From Methylovulum miyakonense HT12 (GTDB lineage Bacteria; Pseudomonadota; Gammaproteobacteria; Methylococcales; Methylomonadaceae), in the NCBI RefSeq assembly GCF_000384075.1, contig NZ_KB913025.1:2744450-2808449 (forward strand): a stretch of DNA of 64,000 bases, given 5' to 3'. Numbering within the stretch: the stretch's first letter is position 1; each line of letters opens with the position of its first letter. The notes beneath the pieces were generated by a model. The model made no database searches. It worked only from the letters and a program-made list of their open reading frames with translations, and was not told the origin of the DNA. Below are positions 50,586 to 60,470 of this stretch, piece by piece. The position numbers and the translations under genes were made by a program.

Positions 50586-51875
50586 TTATGGCGCCAAATC
50601 GGCCGATAGGCAATGTTCAGCCAATGCCGTGATTTTGGCATTGCGGGTTTGGTTTTCTAAAGATTCGCCGTTGTTGATGACGCACCCTACACGAAGATAA
50701 TTGGGCGTATATCCAAATACTCGTTGCTTGCCTTCCCCATAGGGCTCGCTGTAGGCTTCCCATAATACCGGAAAAACCTGCCCCAAATTAGCCTTGGCAA
50801 ATTGTTGTTTCATTGAGTTTGCCAGTTCATGAAGTTGCTGGCTACGCTGTTTTTTGACTTCGTTAGCGATTTGGTTAGGTAAACTGGCCGCTTTAGTGCC
50901 TTCCCGTTTCGAATAAGTGAAAATATGGATATGCCCGAACCCAACCCGCTTGATAAAAGCGAGGCTCTCTTGCCATTCCTGTTCGGTTTCTCCCGGGAAA
51001 CCGACGATGATGTCGGTGGTGATATTGAAGTGCGGGATTTTTGCGCGTAATTGTTGGACGATCCCGGCAAATTCTTCGGTTTTGCAGCGCCGCGCCATAC
51101 GCCGTAAGACGCTGTCGGAACCGCTTTGCAAGGGCAAGTGCAGGTGCGGCATGATGCGGGGATTCTGGAACAGTTCGAAAAAACCCTCGGTAAATTCCCA
51201 AGGTTCCAATGAGCCTAAGCGCAACCTAGGGATGGCCGTCCGGGCCATGATGGCTTGCACCAAAGCCACCAAATTAAGCCCTAAATCACTGCCATAACCG
51301 CCTAAATGGACGCCTGTCAGAATGACCTCGGTAATGCCTTGGGCGTACAGCGCATTGATTTCATCGACTACGGCCTGCACTGTGCGGCTGGATTCTTCCC
51401 CCCTGGCGACGGTGACGATACAAAACGTGCACCGGTAACGGCAGCCATCCTGGACTTTGACAAAGGCGCGTTGCCGGCCACGGGTGAACAGGGAGATTTC
51501 GCCCGGTTCGGTGGACATGGCGGGCATGGTGCCCATGTCCAATTCGTCCAGGGCCTTTTCCACCAGTTGGCCTTTGTCCTGGTTGCTGACCACCAGATCA
51601 ACGCCCATTAATGCGGCGGCTTCGTCAGGGTTCAAGGTCGCATAACAGCCGCTGACCACGAGTTTTGCCTGGGGGTTGTCGCGGTGGATACGGCGGATCA
51701 GATTGCGGGATTTACGCGCGGCGTCTTGGGTTACGGCGCATGAATTGATGACCACCAGATTGGCGGCTTCGGCTTGGCGGGTGATTTGATGGCCTGATTT
51801 TTGGAAGGCCTGCGCCCAGGTTTCCAGTTCCGCTTCGTTCAGGCGGCAGCCCAGGGTCTTAAGATGTACTAACAT
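50586..51875 (-). CDS. Radical-SAM methylthiotransferase of the MiaB family, MtaB-like.
   Basis: N-terminal KTLGCRLNEAE UPF0004 cysteine, radical SAM CRYRCTFC, ~429 aa. Confidence 0.6.
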   Translation of the reverse strand: MLVHLKTLGCRLNEAELETWAQAFQKSGHQITRQAEAANLVVINSCAVTQDAARKSRNLIRRIHRDNPQAKLVVSGCYATLNPDEAAALMGVDLVVSNQDKGQLVEKALDELDMGTMPAMSTEPGEISLFTRGRQRAFVKVQDGCRYRCTFCIVTVARGEESSRTVQAVVDEINALYAQGITEVILTGVHLGGYGSDLGLNLVALVQAIMARTAIPRLRLGSLEPWEFTEGFFELFQNPRIMPHLHLPLQSGSDSVLRRMARRCKTEEFAGIVQQLRAKIPHFNITTDIIVGFPGETEQEWQESLAFIKRVGFGHIHIFTYSKREGTKAASLPNQIANEVKKQRSQQLHELANSMKQQFAKANLGQVFPVLWEAYSEPYGEGKQRVFGYTPNYLRVGCVINNGESLENQTRNAKITALAEHCLSADLAP

Positions 51876-51969
51876 GAATTATTAAAAGCTGATAAACAAT
51901 AAAAGCGGCGAAATGGTTATGGTTGGCCGGACGGTGGTTATAATAGGTGCAAACTAGCCTGAGTATTTT

Positions 51970-52419
51970 ATGCCAAAAAAGCCTTTCCATATTCCGCTGG
52001 CTTTCCAAAACCGGATCCTCGGTTTTTTCCATAGCCAAATTGAACAGCAAAAGCGGATTTTGCAGCATGTCCGTCGCGGGTTGCCTGAAAATCTGGCAAA
52101 ACATGCCTGCCATTGTCTGATCAGCGGGAATTCCCTGGTGGTCTATACCGATTCGGCGATGTGGGCTTCGCAATTGCGTTTTTATACCCAGGCCATGCTG
52201 GCGAATATTGAGCCGCTAACACGTGGGGGCGTACAAAAAGTGCAGATAAAAATCATGACCGTGAACACTGGGGCGGTTTCACAACCTGTGTTTAAAGCCA
52301 AGATCCCCTCGGCCGCGACCCTGGATATGATGCAGAAACAAAGCCTCAGCATTCGTGACGGGGAATTGCGGTTGGCGTTGCAGCGGTTGAATTCAACGTT
52401 AAAAAAGCTTGCCGGTTAA
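51970..52419 (+). CDS. DUF721/DciA-like small protein.
   Basis: ~150 aa. Weak resemblance from memory. Confidence 0.3.
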   Translation: MPKKPFHIPLAFQNRILGFFHSQIEQQKRILQHVRRGLPENLAKHACHCLISGNSLVVYTDSAMWASQLRFYTQAMLANIEPLTRGGVQKVQIKIMTVNTGAVSQPVFKAKIPSAATLDMMQKQSLSIRDGELRLALQRLNSTLKKLAG

Positions 52420-52478
52420 GGTTGGCAAATAACGGTAACCGGAAGCCAGAAGCTCCCGGTTATGAAGGGCATGAAAGC

Positions 52479-53792
52479 TTATCGGGTTTTCATGATGCTG
52501 ATGCCTTTTAATAAATTCAAGGCTTCGGAGAGCGCATAATCTTTCACGTCCAAATCCTCTTTCTCTTTATTATCAGGTAGGCCTGCCCCATTGGTTTTAC
52601 CTTTGTTATTTTGTAGATGCCCGGACAAATCCGCTTCTTTCACGGGCGTGAATTCTGACTTATCGAGCGTTTCCAATTTCACCCTGGCCAATGATATGTC
52701 TGGCTCGATGCCTTCAGCTTGGATGGAGCGTCCGGATGGCGTGAAATAGCGCGCGGTCGTCAGTTTGATGGCGGCCCCGTTGGTTGTCGGTAAAATGGTT
52801 TGCACGGAACCTTTGCCGAAAGACTTTTCGCCCATGATGATTGCGCGCTTTTGGTCTTGCAAGGCTCCGGCGACAATCTCGGAGGCCGATGCCGAGCCCG
52901 AGTTAATCAGGACGACGATGGGGGCGCCATCAATCAAATCATCCGGGGCGGCGTTAAAGCGCATTTCCGAGTTCTCAATACGGCCTTCGGTATAGACAAT
53001 CAGGCCATTGGTCAAAAAGGCGTCACTGACTTTTACGGCCGCATCTAAGACGCCGCCAGGATTGTTCCTCAAGTCCAGCACTAAGCCTTTCAAATTGCCG
53101 CCGTTGTCTTTTTTCAGGGCAGTAATTGATTCGGCAAGGTTGTCGCCGGTGCCGGATTGGAAACTGCTGATACGCACATAGCCGTAGCCTTTTTCCAATA
53201 TTTTGTTTTTGACGCTTTTGACTTTGATGATGTCGCGGGCGATATTAAATTTGAGCGGCGCTTCCGCCCCTTCACGCACCACCGTCAGGAGGATCTTGCT
53301 GCCGGGTTCACCCCGCATGGTTTTGACGGCATCAGCCAAGCTCATCCCTTTTACGGGTTTGTCGTCCAGTTTGACAATCAGGTCACCGGCTTTTAAACCC
53401 GCTTTTTGCGCCGGGGTGTCGTCGATAGGGGAAACCACTTTGATGAAACCGTTTTCCATGGTGACTTCTATGCCCAAGCCGCCAAATTGGCCGGTGGTGC
53501 CTTCTTTCAATTCCTGGTATTCATCGGCGACCAGATAGGCGGAGTGGGGGTCTAACCCGCTTAACATGCCGCGGATCGCATCTTCGAGCAGTTTTTTGTC
53601 CGATACGGGTTCGACATAATCACGTTTGATGCGCCCGAAAATTTCGGTGAAAGTCCGTAAATCTTCAAAAGGTAAAGTATCCGATACCGGTTCAAGGCCT
53701 TCTTTATCTGCAAAGACACTGCCACAGTTACCTACAACAACACCCAATATGATGCCTAGCGACAAGATAAATACATTTTTCTTTTTTAGCAT
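52479..53792 (-). CDS. ctpA: Carboxyl-terminal processing protease (S41, PDZ-containing).
   Basis: Signal peptide, PDZ, S41 motifs VVLINSGSASASEIVAGALQD...GEKSFGKGSVQ. Confidence 0.85.
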   Translation of the reverse strand: MLKKKNVFILSLGIILGVVVGNCGSVFADKEGLEPVSDTLPFEDLRTFTEIFGRIKRDYVEPVSDKKLLEDAIRGMLSGLDPHSAYLVADEYQELKEGTTGQFGGLGIEVTMENGFIKVVSPIDDTPAQKAGLKAGDLIVKLDDKPVKGMSLADAVKTMRGEPGSKILLTVVREGAEAPLKFNIARDIIKVKSVKNKILEKGYGYVRISSFQSGTGDNLAESITALKKDNGGNLKGLVLDLRNNPGGVLDAAVKVSDAFLTNGLIVYTEGRIENSEMRFNAAPDDLIDGAPIVVLINSGSASASEIVAGALQDQKRAIIMGEKSFGKGSVQTILPTTNGAAIKLTTARYFTPSGRSIQAEGIEPDISLARVKLETLDKSEFTPVKEADLSGHLQNNKGKTNGAGLPDNKEKEDLDVKDYALSEALNLLKGISIMKTR

Positions 53793-53874
53793 GTGTCTTA
53801 AAACTCCAAATCCTCTATTGGTCTACACTCATTAATTTGAGCGATAATTTTGATACTCTTTTTAACGCGGTGGT

Positions 53875-55059
53875 TTAATCGCTGCGGCACCATTGCAATG
53901 GACTAACGGGGACAGCTTTCTTACGTATGCCGAAAAACAAGCCGGGGCGGCTGCGCCCGCCACTTTGCCCGACGGTAGCGATGACGTCGCCGGCTTTTAC
54001 CGTGTCATTCACCTGTTTGTCCAGGCTTTGGTTAAAAGCATACAAGCTCATATAGCCATCACCGTGATCAATGATGATCAGGTACCCGTAGCTGCGCATC
54101 CAATCGGCAAAAGTCACTTTGCCGCCCGCGACCGCATGGACTTCAACCCCTTCTTTTGCTTCAATCAACACACCGTTTTGTGCATTTTCGGTTTGCGTAT
54201 CGCTGAAATTCCGTACCAGTTTGCCTTGTACCGGCCAGCGCAACTTCCCTTTTAAGCTATCAAAACTGCCTTGCAAATCGTTAAATTCATTGCGGGGAGG
54301 TTCCTGCCCGTCCGGCGCGGGCGTTTCAACAGGTGCGGCATTGGCGCTAATGCCTAGTTCCTGGGGCAAATTGGCAATTAGGTTTCTCAGTTTATTTTCG
54401 CTTTCGGATAAATAACGCTGCTGTTCTTCATAAGAAGTGGCTAGGGTGTCCGCCAACAATGCGTTACGTTGTTTCCTGACTTCGTTAAGGGCGGTTTGTT
54501 GCAATTTTTTTTCCTTAAGGTCCTGCTCAAGCAACTCCGTTTCGGTTTGGCGTTGTTTATCCAGCTGTTCCAAGTCTTGGATAGACTGCTCCAATTGCCT
54601 GATCTTTGCCAAACGCGCTTTATTGATATAGCTGTAATATATCATCATCCGGCTAGATAAGGCTGGATCTTGCTGGTTAAGGAGCAATTTCAACTCTTCC
54701 TGTTGCCCCATTTGGTAGGCGGCTTTAACTTGGCCTGCCAATTCCTTCCTTTCTTTTGCTATCATCCTTTGGTTGGCAAGAATATCAAGCTCTATCCTAT
54801 CTATGTTCCGGCGCTTGTTTTCAATTTGCCGGAGCAATGACCGTAATAGGGATGCGGTTTCCCCATAACGTTTTTCAACGTCTGCCAATAATTGCTCTAA
54901 ATTGTCCTGGGGCAGGGTAGGAGAGGTATCCTGGCTGCTTGGCTGGATACTGTCCTGATCGTCACTGGCCTCATGAACTGGGTCAGCCCATTGGTCAATG
55001 GCTTGCGCATTGTGTAGCCAAGCCCCGAACAATAAAGAAAAAAAAAGCGTCTTTTCCAT
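53875..55059 (-). CDS. envC: Murein hydrolase activator EnvC-like (coiled coil + LytM/M23 domain).
   Basis: Long Q/E/L-rich coiled coil, then C-terminal M23 fold VEVHAVAGGKVTFADWMRSYGYLIIIDHGDGYMSLY. Confidence 0.7.
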   Translation of the reverse strand: MEKTLFFSLLFGAWLHNAQAIDQWADPVHEASDDQDSIQPSSQDTSPTLPQDNLEQLLADVEKRYGETASLLRSLLRQIENKRRNIDRIELDILANQRMIAKERKELAGQVKAAYQMGQQEELKLLLNQQDPALSSRMMIYYSYINKARLAKIRQLEQSIQDLEQLDKQRQTETELLEQDLKEKKLQQTALNEVRKQRNALLADTLATSYEEQQRYLSESENKLRNLIANLPQELGISANAAPVETPAPDGQEPPRNEFNDLQGSFDSLKGKLRWPVQGKLVRNFSDTQTENAQNGVLIEAKEGVEVHAVAGGKVTFADWMRSYGYLIIIDHGDGYMSLYAFNQSLDKQVNDTVKAGDVIATVGQSGGRSRPGLFFGIRKKAVPVSPLQWCRSD

Positions 55060-55528
55060 TCTCCGGTCAGGCGGCTTTAAGCAAGGGTTCGCCCGTCATT
55101 TCAACGGTTTGTCCGGCACCTAAAAAGGCTGGCTGTGGTGTTGCCAATAGCTGTTGCGGGGCATGGCGGACACCACCGTTGGCATCCGTCATGACGGTGG
55201 CATTATTTTTCTGTTCAGGGGATTGGCCAAGCCTATCAAGGATCTTTAACACTAAAGGCTCCGGTCGATTTAACATGCTTTATTTATCTCAGGACATAAA
55301 AAAATAAAATCGGCTAACCCATGGACAATGCCTGCTTAACTTGCCTGTTGGCATTATCAGTTACCCAAAATGTAAAAAAGTAAGGTATCATTTTGCAAAA
55401 TTTGCAGCTATTGTAATCCATTGGGCTGCGAAACTTGACAAAATAACAACTGCTCGATGTTTGTTATATTAATACACGTTGCTTGCTATTGGTTAATAAT
55501 TCTGTACCAATGATCAATCAATGATTTC

Positions 55529-55888
55529 TTGGTTTTTATAAGGAATCATAACCCTTCGACATTAAATACTTGTATGGACGCTAAAATAGAAGACATTTTA
55601 TACGATGAAAATGACATAGCCAAAGCGGCACGGTGTCTAAAAGCGATGTCCCATCCGTTAAGGCTAAAGATATTGTGCCTTTTGGGGAAGAATTCAATTA
55701 GTGTGCAAGATATCGTTGAGCAAGTTGGCACGAGCCAAAGCAATATTTCACAACATTTGTCAATACTCAGGGAAAAGAACATCCTGGGTTCAAAAAAAGA
55801 GGCCAACCGCGTTTATTACTACATTGATGATGAGCGTATGATATTGCTAATTGAAATGATGCGGGATGTATTTTGTTCTAAACATTGA
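55529..55888 (+). CDS. ArsR/SmtB family transcriptional regulator.
   Basis: MSHPLRLKILCLL...QDIVEQVGTSQSNISQHLSILRE. Likely start at MDAKIEDIL (~55574). Confidence 0.75.
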   Translation: MVFIRNHNPSTLNTCMDAKIEDILYDENDIAKAARCLKAMSHPLRLKILCLLGKNSISVQDIVEQVGTSQSNISQHLSILREKNILGSKKEANRVYYYIDDERMILLIEMMRDVFCSKH

Positions 55889-55941
55889 TCTGAGCCCCAT
55901 TTACCACACTTAAACAATCCACCTAAAAACCACGAAACCTC

Positions 55942-56388
55942 ATGGACCGTTATATAGAATTTGCCTTAAACCATTATATATTATCGCTTGCCCTAATTAT
56001 CGTAACTTATTTGTTAGTACAAGATTTCTTCGAGTCCGCCTTTAAAAAATTCACGGTGATCTCCCCTTTGCTGGCGGTCAACAAGATGAATAATGAGGAC
56101 ACTGTCATTATTGATGTGCGTGAGCCTTTGGAGTTTACGGAAAGCCACATTGAAAATGCCATGAACACGCCTTTAAGCAAGCTGCCGGAACAATTGGCCA
56201 GCCTCGAAACTTACAAGAAAACCCCGATATTGATAGCCTGCCAAACCGGAACCCGTTCTGCGACCGCAGGCAAGCTTTTGACTAAAGCTGGCTTTGAACA
56301 AGTGTTTGTGATCACTGGCGGCATGGCCGCATGGGAAGGCGATTACAAGCTGCCTGTAAAAATTAGCAAAAACAAAAAGAAAGCCTAG
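55942..56388 (+). CDS. Membrane-anchored rhodanese-domain sulfurtransferase (YibN-like).
   Basis: N-terminal TM helix. Rhodanese active-site loop LIACQTGTRS. Confidence 0.75.
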   Translation: MDRYIEFALNHYILSLALIIVTYLLVQDFFESAFKKFTVISPLLAVNKMNNEDTVIIDVREPLEFTESHIENAMNTPLSKLPEQLASLETYKKTPILIACQTGTRSATAGKLLTKAGFEQVFVITGGMAAWEGDYKLPVKISKNKKKA

Positions 56389-56424
56389 CAACCCTATTTT
56401 TTCACCCACCAAACCACCTTAATT

Positions 56425-56892
56425 ATGGCCGAAGACAATAACACCTTAGAAAAACAGTTCTCCATCCAAAAAATTTACACAAAAGACTTGTCTTTTGAAA
56501 CCCCCAATACCCCTGCTGTTTTTACCGCAAAATGGGAACCTGCCGTTGATTTTAATCTGGCGACCAATGTTTCTACGCTGGAACAAAACCTTTTTGAGGT
56601 TACCCTTAAGGTCACTATCACGGTCAAATGCGCTGACGTGACCGCTTATTTGGTTGAAGTTAACCAGGCCGGAATTTTTGCCCTGGGCGGTTTCAGCGAT
56701 CAGGAAATGGGGCCGATGATGGGTAGTTTTTGCCCTAACATCCTTTTCCCTTATGCTCGTGAAGCCATTTCAGACCTCGTTACCCGTGGCGGTTTCCCGC
56801 AATTGCTGTTAGCCCCGGTAAATTTTGATGCCTTATACGCCCAACATTTACAGCAGTTGCAACAAGCACCTGGCACAGGCACTATCAACTAA
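56425..56892 (+). CDS. secB: Protein-export chaperone SecB.
   Basis: FSIQKIYTKDLSFETPN...LFPYAREAISDLVTRGGFP. Confidence 0.9.
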   Translation: MAEDNNTLEKQFSIQKIYTKDLSFETPNTPAVFTAKWEPAVDFNLATNVSTLEQNLFEVTLKVTITVKCADVTAYLVEVNQAGIFALGGFSDQEMGPMMGSFCPNILFPYAREAISDLVTRGGFPQLLLAPVNFDALYAQHLQQLQQAPGTGTIN

Positions 56893-56897
56893 GCTTA

Positions 56898-57929
56898 ATG
56901 GATAAACGTATAGCCATCCTGGGTGCGGGATCCTGGGGAACCGCACTGGCTATTCTAGCCGCTAGAAATGGTTGCGAAACCTTGTTATGGGGGCATAATG
57001 CCGCACATATGGCGGCATTAGCCCATGACAGGCAAAACCAACGCTACTTGCCTGGCCAACGTTTCCCTGAGCCGCTTGCCGTAACTTCGCAATTAACTGA
57101 TGCCGCCAATTTCAGTAATGTACTGATGGTCTGCGTCCCCAGCCACGCGTTCAAAACCACGCTGCTTAAAATAAAACCTTATCTGCCCGATAACGTAAAA
57201 ATCGCTTGGGCAACTAAAGGCTTTAATGCCGATAACGGTTCGCTGTTGCATGAAACCGTTGCCGAAGTTTTTTCCCGTGCCACGCCTGCCGCCATTATTT
57301 CAGGCCCTTCGTTTGCCAGTGAAGTTGCGGCAGACTTGCCTACAGCCATCACCATAGCCTCTTTTCAAGCGGATTTTGCCAACCAACTTGCTGATATTTT
57401 CCATAGCGGCCGCTTCCGCACTTACACCAGTTCCGATTTGATTGGTGTGGAAGTCGGTGGCGCGGTAAAAAATGTCTTGGCAATCGCAGCAGGCATCGCT
57501 GACGGTTTGGGCTTTGGCGCGAATACCCGGGCCGCTTTGATTACCCGGGGTCTTACGGAAATCATGCGCTTAGGGATTGAATTGGGCGGCAGGCAAGAAA
57601 CGCTGATGGGCTTGGCCGGGCTAGGTGATCTGGTGCTGACCTGTACTGATGACCAGTCCAGAAATAGGCGTTTTGGGTTGGCGTTAGGAAAAGGCAAAAG
57701 CATAGCGCGTGCTTTCGGGGAAATAGGTCAGGAAATCGAAGGTTTCTCCGCCGCCAAACAAACGTATTTGCTGGCAAAAAAATACGCAATTGATATGCCG
57801 ATCACCGAACAAACTTACAAGGTGCTCTACGAAGGCCTTGACCCGCTCATTGCCGTACAAAACTTATTGTCCCGTGAAGTGAAACCAGAAACGACGATGG
57901 TGTGGGAACGGCCATCGGTGGCGCTTTAA
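56898..57929 (+). CDS. gpsA: NAD(P)H-dependent glycerol-3-phosphate dehydrogenase.
   Basis: IAILGAGSWGTALA... rhodanese-secB-gpsA synteny as in E. coli. Confidence 0.9.
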   Translation: MDKRIAILGAGSWGTALAILAARNGCETLLWGHNAAHMAALAHDRQNQRYLPGQRFPEPLAVTSQLTDAANFSNVLMVCVPSHAFKTTLLKIKPYLPDNVKIAWATKGFNADNGSLLHETVAEVFSRATPAAIISGPSFASEVAADLPTAITIASFQADFANQLADIFHSGRFRTYTSSDLIGVEVGGAVKNVLAIAAGIADGLGFGANTRAALITRGLTEIMRLGIELGGRQETLMGLAGLGDLVLTCTDDQSRNRRFGLALGKGKSIARAFGEIGQEIEGFSAAKQTYLLAKKYAIDMPITEQTYKVLYEGLDPLIAVQNLLSREVKPETTMVWERPSVAL

Positions 57930-58404
57930 TGGCCTACATCGACCTTATGTAGGTACAGGCCATTCCGGTTTTTTCCTTAGCCGTTGCGTAGGGATATGCC
58001 CGGTGTGCCCGATTTCATCAGCTGGGGGGCTTTTGCCCATCCAGATAGGTAAGGCCTTTATGAGGTTCCCTGCCATCACCCATGCCCTTTTGGACCAATC
58101 CTAGAGCCTTTCCAGGTGGCGCCAACGCCAAAACTAGGCCCGGCCACTTCACCGGGCCAAAATATAAAATCCAGAGGAATGCCGGGCATGTGATGCCAGG
58201 CTGTTGGGCTCAAGGCTTAGATAAGCAGGTGGCGATGGTGGTTGGTTTAAGGGATAGCCGTTGGCTCCCCGCTCGAGACACTTGCCGGACGATTTTCTGG
58301 GCTATGCCGATGTATGGCAGCGGCTTTAACCGCGCCACTTAATCATAGTCTTAATCAATTAACATCATAAAAACAATCAATTTTATTTATAGGTAATTCG
58401 CTCG

Positions 58405-58484
58405 TATAGTTATTACCAAGCCGGACGACAAGCCTTTGGGGCGATTCGCAAATACCCAAAGGCACGGCTTGACCAATAACTATA
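58405..58484 (+). promoter_or_regulatory. Long nested hairpin in the 5' leader of the small secreted protein gene. Outer 19-bp arms tatagttattaccaagccg / cggcttgaccaataactata, inner stem gcctttggg / cccaaaggc.
   Basis: Seen directly. Ends 12 nt before the aggag RBS of the ORF starting at 58500. Confidence 0.5.
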
Positions 58485-58499
58485 ATTAGGAGAATTATC

Positions 58500-58826
58500 A
58501 TGAAAACCAAGATAAAAATGACCGCTGCCGTCATCGCGGTCATGGCTATTGCCACCATGGCAACCGCAAACGCTGATACCCAGGCTTCCGGCACTTTGAT
58601 TTACGACAACAGTGCGGCAGTTTACACCATCCATAATGCGCCCAATCCGATTGCGGCGCGGACAATTGCGAATGCCGAGATTATTTACGTGAACACTGGC
58701 TACGGGCCCGCCATATATAGCTACCCTGGCAATGTGCCGCACCAATCCCATGAGGTGGTGATTGAATACGTTGACCAAGCTTATGGGCCTGCGATATACA
58801 GCTACCCTAGCTACCGTGTTAAATGA
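58500..58826 (+). CDS. Small secreted protein with internal repeats (GYGPAIYSYPG / AYGPAIYSYPS).
   Basis: Strong RBS (aggagaattatcATG). Signal peptide MKTKIKMTAAVIAVMAIATMATANA. Two near-identical 11-aa repeats. Confidence 0.55.
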   Translation: MKTKIKMTAAVIAVMAIATMATANADTQASGTLIYDNSAAVYTIHNAPNPIAARTIANAEIIYVNTGYGPAIYSYPGNVPHQSHEVVIEYVDQAYGPAIYSYPSYRVK

Positions 58827-59009
58827 GCATGGCTTACGCCCCGAAGCCGCTATAGGCTTAAGGGCACGTTACGGAACGGGTAACAAACCCGTTCCGGCCG
58901 CCATAACTTTGAAAATGTTAAAGGTTACAGGCGGCGGCTTACTAAACAAGTTGTTGTGCATATGCCCGTATCCCCAAACTTTCTTCCAACCGTTGTCCAG
59001 GAAAATCCA

Positions 59010-60470
59010 ATGAAACCGATTTTGTCGCGCCCGGCTAAAGTCCGTGCGATGCTGTTCTTGGGGCTTTTGTTTATGGCCATCGGGATTCTTGGCGGAACGA
59101 TTTGGCGTAATTTCCATCATTTTGAAAGCGTCTTGTCCTATGTGGATTATTCCCACCGCATCCAAAAAATATCAGTTGGCCTGCACCAGTCGATCATCGG
59201 TTATTTAATCGAAAACAATGATAACCTACAGCCAGTTGCCTTATCGAAAACCTTGGAGGAAATGGAAGAGCTGATGGAAGATAAGCGCTACTTGTCGGAT
59301 ATCACGAAAGCCAATCTGGCTGAATTGCGGACTATGCTTAAAGGGGTTGCCGAACTTGACCAACAGGAAAAGAACGGGCGCCTGTCAAAAGCCTTAAAGA
59401 TTATGGACGAAACTTTGGAATACGAAGCCTTGCAACGGGAAAAATCCTTGGAAGACATCAATTTCAATACCCAAAATGAATTGTATATCGCCCTGGCGAC
59501 ATTCACACTGATTTTGGTGGGGGCGATCGGTTTTTTGTATTCGCGCATCCTCCATCCTCTGAATGACTTGAGCAAATTATTGGAACGCTTGACGGAAGAA
59601 AACTTCACCCCGATCACGACGGCCCATCTTGACCCCTTGTTGTTGCCAGTGTTTAACAGCTATAACGTGATGGTCATACATTTGGCGGAACTGGAAGAAG
59701 CCAAGCGTTTGTATGCCCAGTCCCTACAGCATGAAGTCAGGCTGGCGACCCAAGCCCTGTTGGAGCAGCAATACAGTTTGGCACGCGCCGAACGTTTGGC
59801 CGCTATCGGTGAAGTTGCCGCCGAATTGGCCCATGAAATACGCAATCCCTTGGCGGGCATCCAAATGGCCTTTAACAACTTGCGGCGGGAAATTGACGAC
59901 CAGCAGCAAGGCGAGCGCATCGACCTGATCAATTCGGAATTGAAACGTCTTGCGGTGTTGCTGAGCGATATGCTCAACCAAAGCAAACACACCCCGGAAA
60001 TCGCCAGTTATTTTGATATGTCGGCATTGATCCGCGACCTGACGGCTTTAACGCGTTACCAAATCCCCGAATGCATCCAACTGGAAATCAATACCCCTGA
60101 GGTGTTGAACGTCCATTTGCCGGAAAGCGAAACCCGCCAGATGTTGTTAAATTTGTTGTTAAATGCGGCAGACGCCTTGGATAACCAACCGGGGTTTATA
60201 CGTATAAATGTTTATATAGGTAACCGGGGCAGGGGCTTGGGTATTGATGTGATAGACAATGGCCCGGGATTCAACCAAGACATGCTGGATTACGGTATCC
60301 GCCCGTTCCGCACCAGCCGCCAGCGCGGCACGGGTTTGGGGCTGGCGATGGTGCAACGCTTTGTGAAAAATCTGGAGGGCACGATTAAACTGCGCAACCA
60401 ACGGCCGCATGGGGCTTGCGTCACTGTATTACTACCTGACATTTGTATTGCTGGAGAACATGATGATTGA
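59010..60470 (+). CDS. Sensor histidine kinase (two TM, HAMP, HisKA, HATPase_c), NtrB/AtoS-like.
   Basis: H-box AAELAHEIRNPLAGI. N/G boxes LNLLLNAADAL...DNGPGF...GTGLGLAMV. Start chosen at the ATG with an AGGAAA RBS (59010). Confidence 0.75.
   Translation: MKPILSRPAKVRAMLFLGLLFMAIGILGGTIWRNFHHFESVLSYVDYSHRIQKISVGLHQSIIGYLIENNDNLQPVALSKTLEEMEELMEDKRYLSDITKANLAELRTMLKGVAELDQQEKNGRLSKALKIMDETLEYEALQREKSLEDINFNTQNELYIALATFTLILVGAIGFLYSRILHPLNDLSKLLERLTEENFTPITTAHLDPLLLPVFNSYNVMVIHLAELEEAKRLYAQSLQHEVRLATQALLEQQYSLARAERLAAIGEVAAELAHEIRNPLAGIQMAFNNLRREIDDQQQGERIDLINSELKRLAVLLSDMLNQSKHTPEIASYFDMSALIRDLTALTRYQIPECIQLEINTPEVLNVHLPESETRQMLLNLLLNAADALDNQPGFIRINVYIGNRGRGLGIDVIDNGPGFNQDMLDYGIRPFRTSRQRGTGLGLAMVQRFVKNLEGTIKLRNQRPHGACVTVLLPDICIAGEHDD

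Noticed and set aside
55067-55276. 69-aa ORF upstream of envC
   Set aside because: No RBS and no recognisable domain. Probably a spurious frame in the envC promoter region.
58082-58342. 86-aa ORF between gpsA and the small secreted protein
   Set aside because: Arg/Pro/Gly-rich translation with no RBS. The region is better explained as a regulatory leader.
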